Positions 55,391-64,000 of a DNA stretch of 64,000 bases are shown in pieces (the stretch's first letter is position 1; the number at the start of each line of letters is the position of its first letter). Location: assembly GCA_041659765.1 (NCBI GenBank), contig JBAZXR010000001.1, positions 595,338 through 659,337 on the forward strand, written 5' to 3'. The DNA is from Patescibacteria group bacterium. GTDB lineage: Bacteria; Patescibacteriota; Patescibacteriia; UBA9934. The notes under the pieces are model-generated. The model saw nothing but the letters and a program-made list of their open reading frames with translations. It was not told the DNA's origin and made no database searches. Both the position numbers and the translations under genes were made by a program.

Positions 55391-56662
55391 ATGTTTGTCT
55401 GCTCGCACTGCGACGCCCAGGTCCTTAAGTGGTCTGGGCGATGTATAGAATGTGGAAAATGGGGAACGTTGACCGAGGAGGACGGCCACGCGCCGTCTTC
55501 TTTATCTCAACAAAAATTGTCCTCTAAACCGGCGCCCGTTTTAAAGTTGGGCGAAGCATCCGCCACGGTAACTACACCTATCCCCACAGGTCTTTCCGAG
55601 CTTGATCGAGTTCTGGGCGGAGGCATCGTGCCCGGATCAGTCACCTTACTTGCTGGCGAACCCGGAATCGGCAAGTCGACAATCGTTGCACAAATCGCCG
55701 GCTTCCAGAGCGCGTACTATGCGTCCGGCGAAGAGAGCGAAGGCCAAGTTCGCCTGCGGTTTGAACGCCTCGGCATTAACCCGTCGACTATTTTGTTTTC
55801 GAACGCTGTCGACGTTGGCGCGATCATTGCCGCGGCGAAAGAAGCTAAGCCGTCTATTGTCATTGTCGATTCTATTCAAACGATGATGGTGGCGGAGGCT
55901 GACGCATTTCCAGGGACGCCGACCGCGGTGCGTGCGGCCACGACCGAGCTGATTAGTTTTGCAAAATCCACCAACACGCCTGTTTTAATCATCGGCCAAG
56001 TAACTAAAGAAGGAACCGTGGCCGGTCCAAAGACACTCGAACATCTAGTCGACACCTTGCTCACCCTCGAAGGCGACCCGGAATCGACCTATCGCATCCT
56101 TCGAGCGAACAAACATCGTTTTGGCAGTACGGAAGAAATAGGCGTTTTTGAAATGACAGAAAAAGGATTAATCGCAGTCGAGAATCCCTCGGCACGGTTC
56201 CTCAAGGAGCGGGTACCGGGCCCAGGCTCCGTGGTCACCTGCATCATGGAGGGCAGTCGACCGTTCCTAGTAGAAATCCAGGCGCTCGTCGATAAGTCTT
56301 TCTTCCCAAACCCGGTTCGACGAACCAGCGGCTATGACGCGTCTAGGCTTCAGATGGTCCTCGCGATTGTTTCCAAACGTGCTGGCATCAAGGTGTATGA
56401 CCAGGACGTATTCGTAAATGTTGTCGGTGGAATCAAGATCGATGAACACGCCGCGGACCTTGCCGTGGCAGCCGCCATCATCTCCGCCATCAATGACAAA
56501 ACCTTCCCCGCTGACACCATCATTGTGGGCGAACTAGGCCTGGGAGGCGAAGTGCGCTCCGTCCCCTTCCTCGAACGTCGGCTCAAAGAAGCCGAACGCC
56601 TCGGCATGGCTGCCTCGCTGACACCGAAGAATACTAAACACATCCGAGAGCTTGCTCGATAG
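55391..56662 (+). CDS. radA: DNA repair protein RadA/Sms
   Basis: C4 zinc finger, GEPGIGKST, AGPKTLEHLVD, KHRFG. Confidence 0.95.
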   Translation: MFVCSHCDAQVLKWSGRCIECGKWGTLTEEDGHAPSSLSQQKLSSKPAPVLKLGEASATVTTPIPTGLSELDRVLGGGIVPGSVTLLAGEPGIGKSTIVAQIAGFQSAYYASGEESEGQVRLRFERLGINPSTILFSNAVDVGAIIAAAKEAKPSIVIVDSIQTMMVAEADAFPGTPTAVRAATTELISFAKSTNTPVLIIGQVTKEGTVAGPKTLEHLVDTLLTLEGDPESTYRILRANKHRFGSTEEIGVFEMTEKGLIAVENPSARFLKERVPGPGSVVTCIMEGSRPFLVEIQALVDKSFFPNPVRRTSGYDASRLQMVLAIVSKRAGIKVYDQDVFVNVVGGIKIDEHAADLAVAAAIISAINDKTFPADTIIVGELGLGGEVRSVPFLERRLKEAERLGMAASLTPKNTKHIRELAR

Positions 56663-56668
56663 TATTTT

Positions 56669-56714
56669 CAGTCCTTGCGAGACCGGCTGTAATCAGCCGT
56701 GTCGAAGCAATCTC
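56669..56714 (+). repeat. CAGTC-tagged palindromic unit C1, upstream of GIY-YIG
   Basis: CAGTCCTTGCGAG...CGAAGCAATCTC. Confidence 0.85.
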
Positions 56715-56715
56715 A

Positions 56716-57015
56716 ATGACATCTATGGAAGAGCGAAACTACTACGTGTATTTCATGACGAATCCTAATAATTCCGTCATCTATACAGGAGTTACGAATG
56801 ATATCTCTCGTCGAGTGCAGGAGCATAAGGAGAAGTATGTCGAAGGATTCACGAAGAGATACAACTGCACCAAACTTGTTTACGTTGAGGTGTTTTCGAC
56901 TGCATACGATGCCATTTCTCGCGAAAAACAGATCAAGGGCGGATCGAGGAATAAAAAGATGCTTCTTATTGCGCAGGAGAACCCAACGTGGCGAGATATT
57001 TCTGAGGAGCTCTAA
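56716..57015 (+). CDS. Small GIY-YIG nuclease
   Basis: YYVYFMTN...IYTGVTNDISRRVQEH, FTKRY, AISREKQIK, NPTWRD. Confidence 0.93.
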   Translation: MTSMEERNYYVYFMTNPNNSVIYTGVTNDISRRVQEHKEKYVEGFTKRYNCTKLVYVEVFSTAYDAISREKQIKGGSRNKKMLLIAQENPTWRDISEEL

Positions 57016-57021
57016 CTCCTT

Positions 57022-57125
57022 CAGTCTTTGCGAGACCAGACGTAATCGTCTGTGTCGAAGCAATCCCAATGCTATCTTTTTCGAGGTTGCTTCGAGTTGC
57101 CGTCAAACGGCACTCTCGCAAAGAC
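57022..57125. repeat. CAGTC-tagged palindromic doublet C2, downstream of GIY-YIG
   Basis: Left arm CAGTCTTTGCGAG...CGAAGCAATCCC; inverted arm GGTTGCTTCG...CTCGCAAAGAC. Confidence 0.85.
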
Positions 57126-57190
57126 CCTGACCACCCTCGCCTTCGCTCGGGGACCTGAACAATGCGGTATACTTAGGCAAAGTTTTGCCT

Positions 57191-58189
57191 ATGGATCCGA
57201 ATGTCTTGTGGGGCATAGCAATTATTTGCGGCATCGTAGGTGCCATTCTTTTGTATCAGGGGAAATCGGGAGGATCTGGCAGTGTGAAGAAGTCGAGCAA
57301 ACCAAGCGCGTTTTCGACCGATCTCATCGACCAAGCCAAAAAAGGCAAACTTGATCCTTTTTCTGATCGCGAAGGCGAGATTGAGCGAACAATTCATATT
57401 CTTTTGCGTCGAAGTAAGAATAATCCCCTTCTAATCGGCGAGCCTGGAGTTGGCAAGACGGCGATCGTGCATGGACTCGCAGACAGAATCGCGAAAGGCG
57501 ATGTTCCAGCTTCGCTCAAAGACAAATCGCTTATTGCGATCAACCTAGCTTCCCTCTTTGGGGAGACGAAGTTCCGCGGAGAACTCGAGAAACGGGTCAG
57601 CGACTTTTTGAAAGACCTCGAAGGCCAGTCTCGAGAAACTATTTTGTTTATTGATGAAGTGCACATGATTGTTCAAGGCAGTGGCAGTGAAGGTTCACTA
57701 AATGTTACCGATTTGTTCAAGCCCGCCCTCGCGCGTGGCGATCTGCACATCATTGGCGCGACGACATGGGATGAATACGCGAAATACATCAAGACCGACG
57801 CGGCCCTCGATAGACGGTTCCAACCAGTACTCGTCGACGAGCCAGAGCCGGAGCAGGCGGTGCGGATGCTCAAAACACTCAGACCCGAATACGAAGCCTT
57901 TCACAAAGTAACTATTCCAGACGACGTGCTCAAAGAGGCGGTTCGACTATCTGACAAGTACATAAGAGGACGTTTCCTTCCGGACAAGGCGATCGATTTA
58001 ATCGACGAAGCCTCAGCCAAAGTATCAATTGAGTTCGAGGACAAACAACACGGCAAACATCTCGGGATTGTCCACGGTGCAGCCAAACAAACCAAACACC
58101 CCACAGTCACAAAAGACGACGTCGAAGACGTAGTAAACCAGTGGCGGGAACACATGGACGCGCAAAAATTACGACAAACCAATAAATAA
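57191..58189 (+). CDS. Membrane-anchored single-AAA Clp-family ATPase
   Basis: N-terminal [33 protein letters not shown]; no Clp-N or D2 domain. Confidence 0.85.
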   Translation: MDPNVLWGIAIICGIVGAILLYQGKSGGSGSVKKSSKPSAFSTDLIDQAKKGKLDPFSDREGEIERTIHILLRRSKNNPLLIGEPGVGKTAIVHGLADRIAKGDVPASLKDKSLIAINLASLFGETKFRGELEKRVSDFLKDLEGQSRETILFIDEVHMIVQGSGSEGSLNVTDLFKPALARGDLHIIGATTWDEYAKYIKTDAALDRRFQPVLVDEPEPEQAVRMLKTLRPEYEAFHKVTIPDDVLKEAVRLSDKYIRGRFLPDKAIDLIDEASAKVSIEFEDKQHGKHLGIVHGAAKQTKHPTVTKDDVEDVVNQWREHMDAQKLRQTNK

Positions 58190-58190
58190 T

Positions 58191-59900
58191 ATGAAAACAA
58201 CTTCATCAACCGCAGTACAAACAACAACAGCTACCCTCGTCGGAATTGCCATCATGGCCACCGGATTACTCGCGGCCGCAGCCGGGTTTGTCGTCGCGGC
58301 AAGTAATACAGGGCCGGTTCTCAACATTAAGGCAACGCCTCTACCTGGCGCACACGGAACCGTACAGGGCGCTCAACGAGAACCCATGCTCGGCTTCACG
58401 CTCGAGGCGAAAAATAAGGCTATCCTCATCGAATCGCTCACCTTTAATGTCCTGGCGGACAGCGACGGGAACTTCAAGGAAATTCAAAACGATCTCTCCG
58501 CCAGTGATCTCCTCCTGTCGTGCATGCTGATCAACAAGCGAACCGGGGCTGCAGTAGCGAGCCCGGTTTCTGTAACCAACGGGAACATGATCACATTTGA
58601 AGATAAGTTTACCCTTACTGCAAACTCAATCACCCCTTTCACCATTCTCTGCGACCATGCAAATACACTCATCACTAATCCGTACATCATGGGCGTTGAG
58701 CTGACCGGATATCCAGGGTATGTCGTGGCGACGGTCGCGGCTACCGGAAACAATTTGCCGGACAACCGTATCAATGTAGGAACTATCACGGATGCTGGAG
58801 TGAACGTAGCACTCACCACCTCGGTAACGATTCGTTCACGCGGCATGCTCCAGGTTTCATTAAGCCCCATCGCCCCAAGCAGCGACCTCACCATCAAAAA
58901 TAGCTCCGTCAAAGCAGCAGCATTTAAATTCACCGCGGCAGGTGAAGCTTACACAATCCAAAAACTCACCATTCAAAATATAGGCGATGACGCAGCGGTG
59001 AAAACAATCAAAATCACCTATAAGAACGCCTCTGGAGCCACAATTACAAACACCTCGACCCTTTCGAACCATTTTGCACAGTTCTCTGGGATTGATATTG
59101 CAGTGCCGACTGGCGCAGCGAACGCTGCAACGGTTGAAGTAACTGTAGATACAGCCGATATCAGCGCTACGGGCTCCGGCTCGTCCGGACAGACCTTTAG
59201 TGAAGCAATCGCCTTCTTGCCGGGCGGACTCTTTAAGGCCGTAGGCAACACCTCAGGCTCCGTTATCACCGAAAGTGAAATGGGCTACGGTTATCAGGGC
59301 GGAACCTTTACCCTCCGTGAAACTCGCCCGACCATTACCCTCCATTCAGCAAGCCCAACCGGTCCAGCTGTACCAGGTCGCAACGAGGTCTTACGATTCA
59401 ACGTAGCTGCTGATCCAGCCGAAGATCTGAGCATGTCCCAAATAACCTTCAAAGTTAACGCAACGTCCGTTGACTCGCCGTGGGCATCATGCGGTTCTTC
59501 AACAGTTAGCGGACTAGGCGATGTCACCAAATGGGAACTTAAAGACCTCACAACCGGTGAAGTGCTAACCAATAACAATTCTTGGATAATCATGAATGCG
59601 GATGGCGGCCAGTGTGGTCCGACTGATCGTGTGCAATCCGTGATCGCCTACGCACTCGCAAACCTGGTACATGGCACCATCTTCGCAGGAACAACTCACA
59701 CGCTCTCACTTATTGTAGATTCAACCGGCGCAAGCCAAAGTCAGGACGATCAAATTCAAGTTGAAATAACAAGTGAGCCAACACATGAGTTTCCACTTCT
59801 TCATAGCATCCAGTGGCGCGAAGGAGTTAATGGACCAGATCTCATAAACGGTAGTTTTATTAAGAACCTCCCAATTCGTGGCTTTACGCTCCAGTTCTAA
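58191..59900 (+). CDS. Secreted surface/S-layer-like protein
   Basis: N-terminal hydrophobic segment; Thr/Ser/Ala-rich beta-sandwich-like segments. Confidence 0.75.
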   Translation: MKTTSSTAVQTTTATLVGIAIMATGLLAAAAGFVVAASNTGPVLNIKATPLPGAHGTVQGAQREPMLGFTLEAKNKAILIESLTFNVLADSDGNFKEIQNDLSASDLLLSCMLINKRTGAAVASPVSVTNGNMITFEDKFTLTANSITPFTILCDHANTLITNPYIMGVELTGYPGYVVATVAATGNNLPDNRINVGTITDAGVNVALTTSVTIRSRGMLQVSLSPIAPSSDLTIKNSSVKAAAFKFTAAGEAYTIQKLTIQNIGDDAAVKTIKITYKNASGATITNTSTLSNHFAQFSGIDIAVPTGAANAATVEVTVDTADISATGSGSSGQTFSEAIAFLPGGLFKAVGNTSGSVITESEMGYGYQGGTFTLRETRPTITLHSASPTGPAVPGRNEVLRFNVAADPAEDLSMSQITFKVNATSVDSPWASCGSSTVSGLGDVTKWELKDLTTGEVLTNNNSWIIMNADGGQCGPTDRVQSVIAYALANLVHGTIFAGTTHTLSLIVDSTGASQSQDDQIQVEITSEPTHEFPLLHSIQWREGVNGPDLINGSFIKNLPIRGFTLQF

Positions 59901-59910
59901 AACCAAAAGC

Positions 59911-59951
59911 TTGCTTCGAGCTGCCGTCGAACGGCACTCTCGCAAAGACTG
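59911..59951 (-). repeat. CAGTC-tagged palindromic unit C3
   Basis: Near-identical to 57087-57125; ends in GACTG. Confidence 0.85.
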
Positions 59952-59962
59952 AGCAGACAAGG

Positions 59963-60043
59963 AAAAACAAAAACCAGTGTTGGCGAGAAAATGTTAGGAG
60001 GTAATCCGACTCCATTTTCGAGACAATACTGGTCTTTTGTTTT
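59963..60043. repeat. Long hairpin element, copy 2 (TTAGGAGG...CCGACTC core on + strand)
   Basis: Core 59994-60012 is the exact reverse complement of 301-319. Confidence 0.85.
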
Positions 60044-60139
60044 AGTTGAAAAAGTTAAAAAAGCCGAAGAAGGTTAAAAAGTAAATGCACCATCGGGATG
60101 GTACTTTACAGCTTTTTCAACTTTTTTAACTTTGTTAAC
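60044..60139. repeat. Inverted 9-nt periodic tract element, copy 2
   Basis: Reverse complement aligns with 43470-43561 (GTTGAAAAAGCTGTAAAGT...GGCTTTTTTAACTTTTT). Confidence 0.75.
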
Positions 60140-62214
60140 TACTCAAAATGCACCTCGTCCACGTACTCGTAGAGACGCTCGCGGAGTTTGGGATAGTTCG
60201 TCAGGTCTGGGCTTTCGTCGAGTAGCTCTTTAGAGAAGTCCTTAGCAAAGCTCATGAGGTCAATGTCGTTCATGGTGCCGAGCTTGAACTGGTCGAAGCC
60301 TGACTGGTTTGTGCCGAAGACGCTACCGGGGCCACGGAGTTGGAGATCGCGCTCAGCTAGATCGAATCCATCCTGGCTGCCTTCAATAGCCTTCATGCGC
60401 TCACGAGCCACGTCGCCGAGCATCCCTGACGGATGCAGATAACAATAGCTCTGATGTTCGCCACGACCAACGCGTCCGCGGAGCTGGTGGAGCTGAGCCA
60501 GACCGAAACGCTCGGCACCTTCCACGTACATGACCGTGGCGTTCGGCACGTCCACACCAACCTCGACCACAGTCGTCGAGATAAGCATGTTGGATCTCCC
60601 CTCGGCGAACTCACGCATAACAGCATCCTTCTCTGCCGTCTTCATTCGACCGTGCAACATGGAGACCTTGTAGCCACGGAAAGCCTCAAGCATGAATTCC
60701 TTGTACACCTCATGAACCGAGTTCACACCGAGCGCGTCGGATTCCTCGATCAAAGGACAGACCACAAAAATCTGCCGACCTTCATTCATCTGCTCGCGCA
60801 TCATTTGATAAATGGGCTCCTCACGGCCGAGCTCGACAACTTCCGTCAAAATCGGCTTACGGCCAGCCGGGTACTCGTTCAAAATAGAACGGTCGAGATC
60901 GCCGTAAAGCACGAGAGCAAGAGAGCGAGGGATCGGCGTAGCAGTCATCGAAAGAAGATGCGGGATGCCATCCTGGTCACCCTGTTTGTCCTTGAGCGCT
61001 TGGCGCTGTTTCACACCAAAGCGGTGTTGTTCATCGACGACGATAAGTCCGAGGCGATCGAAAAGTACGTCCTGCGTTAGCAAGGCGTGCGTGCCGACCA
61101 CAAATTGCGCTCCCCCGTTTTTAAGCGCTGAAAGTAGCTGTGCTTTTGTCACCTCTTTACCGCCCACGCGACGCTTTGTCCTCGTATAAAGCGCGATCGT
61201 TAGTCTGCTACCAAATAGCTTCTGCAAAGTCTGGGCGTGTTGTTCAGCCAGGATTTCCGTGGGCGCCAGCATAGCCGTCTGCCAACCGTCTTTCTGCGCG
61301 TTACAAGCAACCAGCGCGGCCACCACCGTCTTACCACTGCCTACGTCACCTTCCAGGAGACGGTTCATCGGTTCCGGGCGGTTCATGTCCTTAATAATCG
61401 CCCAGACCGCTTTCTTCTGCGCGCCGGTGAGCTCAAAAGGCAACCCAGCGACGAGTTCCTTCATGTACGCCTCGTTGAACGGAACCTTTGGCGCCTTGCG
61501 CATTTTCAATTCTCGACGGCTCTTGGCATGGAGTAATTGGTGCAAGAAAAACTCGTCGAATTTTAATCGGCGCAGCGCTTTGTCTTTTTCTTCAGTCGTC
61601 GACGGAAAATGGAGCTCAGTAATGGCTCCGTGGAGTCCCATGAGCTCAACCTCGGACACGATCTTGTCAGGCATCCATTCCTCAACCTCTTTCACCGCAC
61701 CAAGAGAGGCCTCAGCCACCTTTCTACGAACCTTTTGTGTCAACGCACCGGTCAATTTATAAATCGGAACAATCCGGCCGGTTTCTTTGCCGATTTTTCC
61801 ACTGCCAACCACCTCATACGCTGGGTTTACGAGCGAGAGCCCGTAGCGATCATCCACCTTACCGGCCATGGAAATAATTTGACCCGGCTTCAAAACCTTA
61901 GTTAAAAAACCTTGATGAAACCACACGCCTTTAATCGCGCCAGTGCCGTCCTCGATAATCGCTTCCGTCACCATCATCTTTCGAGACTTCTGACTCTGGC
62001 GGTTCTCGATATTCATGATCGTGCCCTGAACCGTCACCTTCTGGCCAGGCTTCACGTCGGCAATAACGACCGCGTGCGAGAGGTCATCGTAACGAAACGG
62101 AAAATCAAAGAGCGCTTCGTGTAGTGTGTTGATGCCAAGCCGGGCAAAGTCTTTCGCCTTTGCGGCTCCGATCGTCGCTATAGAAGCGATGGTGTCCTTC
62201 AAATGGATCGCCAT
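60139..62214 (-). CDS. recG: ATP-dependent DNA helicase RecG
   Basis: GDVGSGKT, DEQHRFG, TATPIPRSL, QLHQLRGRVGRG. Confidence 0.97.
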   Translation of the reverse strand: MAIHLKDTIASIATIGAAKAKDFARLGINTLHEALFDFPFRYDDLSHAVVIADVKPGQKVTVQGTIMNIENRQSQKSRKMMVTEAIIEDGTGAIKGVWFHQGFLTKVLKPGQIISMAGKVDDRYGLSLVNPAYEVVGSGKIGKETGRIVPIYKLTGALTQKVRRKVAEASLGAVKEVEEWMPDKIVSEVELMGLHGAITELHFPSTTEEKDKALRRLKFDEFFLHQLLHAKSRRELKMRKAPKVPFNEAYMKELVAGLPFELTGAQKKAVWAIIKDMNRPEPMNRLLEGDVGSGKTVVAALVACNAQKDGWQTAMLAPTEILAEQHAQTLQKLFGSRLTIALYTRTKRRVGGKEVTKAQLLSALKNGGAQFVVGTHALLTQDVLFDRLGLIVVDEQHRFGVKQRQALKDKQGDQDGIPHLLSMTATPIPRSLALVLYGDLDRSILNEYPAGRKPILTEVVELGREEPIYQMMREQMNEGRQIFVVCPLIEESDALGVNSVHEVYKEFMLEAFRGYKVSMLHGRMKTAEKDAVMREFAEGRSNMLISTTVVEVGVDVPNATVMYVEGAERFGLAQLHQLRGRVGRGEHQSYCYLHPSGMLGDVARERMKAIEGSQDGFDLAERDLQLRGPGSVFGTNQSGFDQFKLGTMNDIDLMSFAKDFSKELLDESPDLTNYPKLRERLYEYVDEVHFE

Positions 62215-62291
62215 AAGTTCCGCGGATTATACCAGGTCGTTGCCAAAATGCAAGTTTACGGTTCCCTCCAAATACGCTAAGGTAGCTTGAT

Positions 62292-62996
62292 ATGAAATGG
62301 GCTCTCGGAATAATCACTATTATCCTCACTATTTTCATCGCAAGCACAATTGTGCCGATGTTTTTCACGCCAGAAAACGCGATACGCCAGCGAATAACCC
62401 GCACGACGAGCGCAGCGATATCAACGAAGGATGTCTCCAAGTGCTCCGCTCTTCCTAAGACCCTAGAACACCAACGAGACCCTAATGATGAAAAAGGTGG
62501 CGGACCGTACATGACGTACCCGGCCGACGAATGCCTGAGTTCTTTCTACAGAGCCATATCGGATCCCTCGGCTTGTGAACGCTTCTACCAGCCCACGTCG
62601 GCGAATGTTTGTTTTGAATATATGGCAAAAACTCTCTCCGATGCATCATTCTGCTATCGCACCACTAACCCGCGGAAAAATTCATCCAATGCCTGTCGCG
62701 CCGCCGCGACAGGTGACATTAACGAATGCGACGTCTACAAAACAAGCCCCTACGTCTTCGCTGGCTGCGTCGAATCCGTCGTCCTACGGACGCACGATAA
62801 AAATCAGTGCCTCCTGCTACTGCCAAATACCGATGAACACGGAGTTCAGTCGAGGTTCAATGATTGCCTCCGTATCGTAGGCGAGACGAAACCGGAAGAA
62901 CGCCCTGAGCTTTGCGCCCTTATGCAATATCCGGAGTGGACTCTTCCAGAAAAGAAAGCCCAATGTATTGCCGAAAACTGGCCAAATGCCGAATAA
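62292..62996 (+). CDS. Membrane-anchored Cys-rich repeat protein
   Basis: N-terminal TM, then repeated C..(x9-12)..C units. Confidence 0.75.
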   Translation: MKWALGIITIILTIFIASTIVPMFFTPENAIRQRITRTTSAAISTKDVSKCSALPKTLEHQRDPNDEKGGGPYMTYPADECLSSFYRAISDPSACERFYQPTSANVCFEYMAKTLSDASFCYRTTNPRKNSSNACRAAATGDINECDVYKTSPYVFAGCVESVVLRTHDKNQCLLLLPNTDEHGVQSRFNDCLRIVGETKPEERPELCALMQYPEWTLPEKKAQCIAENWPNAE

Positions 62997-62997
62997 T

Positions 62998-64000
62998 ATG
63001 ACGAAAGAAACTAAACTTTGGAATGCGTCCGTCCTTCTTTGGATGATCGCGCCCGTTCTCACCTTCTTAGGAATACTCGCCGTTGAAAGATTGCTGTTTA
63101 CCAACACAGACGATGGATCCATCATGCTTTTTGCCGCGGTGGGATCCGCAGCGCTTTGCATAGCCGCAGAATTGTTTCTCGTGAGATCAGCCTTGCTCCG
63201 ACAAGAAAAATACGGCTTCGTGCTCTTTTTTGCCGCATTATTGCAGTTTCTCATTCCGCTCTCACTGGTGATCGCGCTATCTCATGCCAAATACGACGGT
63301 GACGCGTTGGTCACCCTCGCTTTCATCGCCGGCTTCAATTTCTTCATTACTGTCCTAGAAATCCTCGCTCTTGCAGTCTTCTCTGCCATTGTAAAAATTC
63401 TCCAGCATACGCGCCACTCATCACGCGCCGAGAAAGTACTGCTCGCAGGAGCTATCCTCAGTATTCATGTCGCCGTTCTCTTTCCTGTTCTCATTTTGTT
63501 GATTACAAAGCCTCCACACCATAAAACCGCTACTCCGAGCTATTTATATGACGCGTCTTCAGTTGATTTTCGACGGGACGAGAAGGTAAAAACGACCCTC
63601 GGTCAACTCCCAAGACCATTGAAAATCTTCCGCAAAGCAGACGAATTCTTCGCCATGAGTCCTACAGGCCAGACAGTCTCATTACCTTTCATGGAGAATG
63701 TAGATGCCGATGCGGGCAAATTCATCTTCTTTGATGTCTACACGGATCGCGTCTACTACGAGCAGCATGGGGATGTCATGATGCTCGACATCAATTCTAA
63801 AAAAATCAAAAAGCTACCGGACGCGTTCACTCGTGCGCTCAAAGAGGAATCTTGTTTCTCAACCATGGTCGCCAACTGTAACCCGCGCCATATTCTCGGG
63901 GCACATAATAACGAACTCGCCCTGGGGTTTCAGGGGGATGTCGCAGTAATCAACATTGAAACCGGCGAAAGAACTAATACTAGCTACGAGGGCGGCGACT
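62998..64000 (+). CDS. Multi-pass membrane protein (partial, runs off the window)
   Basis: Open frame from ATG 62998 (MTKETKLWNASVLLW...) with about 5 TM helices, then a soluble domain. Confidence 0.75.
   Translation, partial: MTKETKLWNASVLLWMIAPVLTFLGILAVERLLFTNTDDGSIMLFAAVGSAALCIAAELFLVRSALLRQEKYGFVLFFAALLQFLIPLSLVIALSHAKYDGDALVTLAFIAGFNFFITVLEILALAVFSAIVKILQHTRHSSRAEKVLLAGAILSIHVAVLFPVLILLITKPPHHKTATPSYLYDASSVDFRRDEKVKTTLGQLPRPLKIFRKADEFFAMSPTGQTVSLPFMENVDADAGKFIFFDVYTDRVYYEQHGDVMMLDINSKKIKKLPDAFTRALKEESCFSTMVANCNPRHILGAHNNELALGFQGDVAVINIETGERTNTSYEGGD

Noticed and set aside
7141-60139. CRISPR array or integron attC array
   Set aside because: Repeats are dispersed, not regularly spaced with unique spacers; no cas1/cas2 or integrase; attC core sites are not in the right positions

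Overview
Bacterial chromosome segment, probably from a Patescibacteria/CPR-type organism (inferred from compact housekeeping genes, the short ThrS, pilin-like and Cys-rich surface proteins and many orphans). TGA is used as a stop, so the genetic code is standard. Housekeeping content: gyrB end, secE-nusG-rplK-rplA, a thymidylate/nucleotide cluster (cytidylyltransferase, dCMP deaminase, two HIT proteins, thyA, DHFR, dUTPase), gatB, miaA, thrS with a T-box, dnaE, metK with a SAM-I riboswitch, pheST, rseP, phosphomannomutase, lemA-htpX-clp, radA and recG. A largely AT-richer defence island (about 27.55-38.3 kb) lies between a 3'-truncated metK and an atypical tRNA-like gene. It holds a type I-like restriction-modification system (HsdR plus fused HsdM-S) followed directly by a RelA/SpoT-like small alarmone synthetase and a translationally coupled partner, then an HNH gene, a TGA-interrupted DUF2779 nuclease, a DUF1653 gene, a DUF3892 gene and an OLD-like ATPase. 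Several dispersed non-coding families occur: CAGTC-tagged palindromes, some flanking a small GIY-YIG nuclease; three covarying hairpins with an invariant TTAGGAGG...CCGACTC core; 7-9-nt periodic tracts; and palindromic or heptamer inserts translated in frame inside miaA, pheT, pheS and dnaE. All family calls come from motif recognition by eye, not from database searches.
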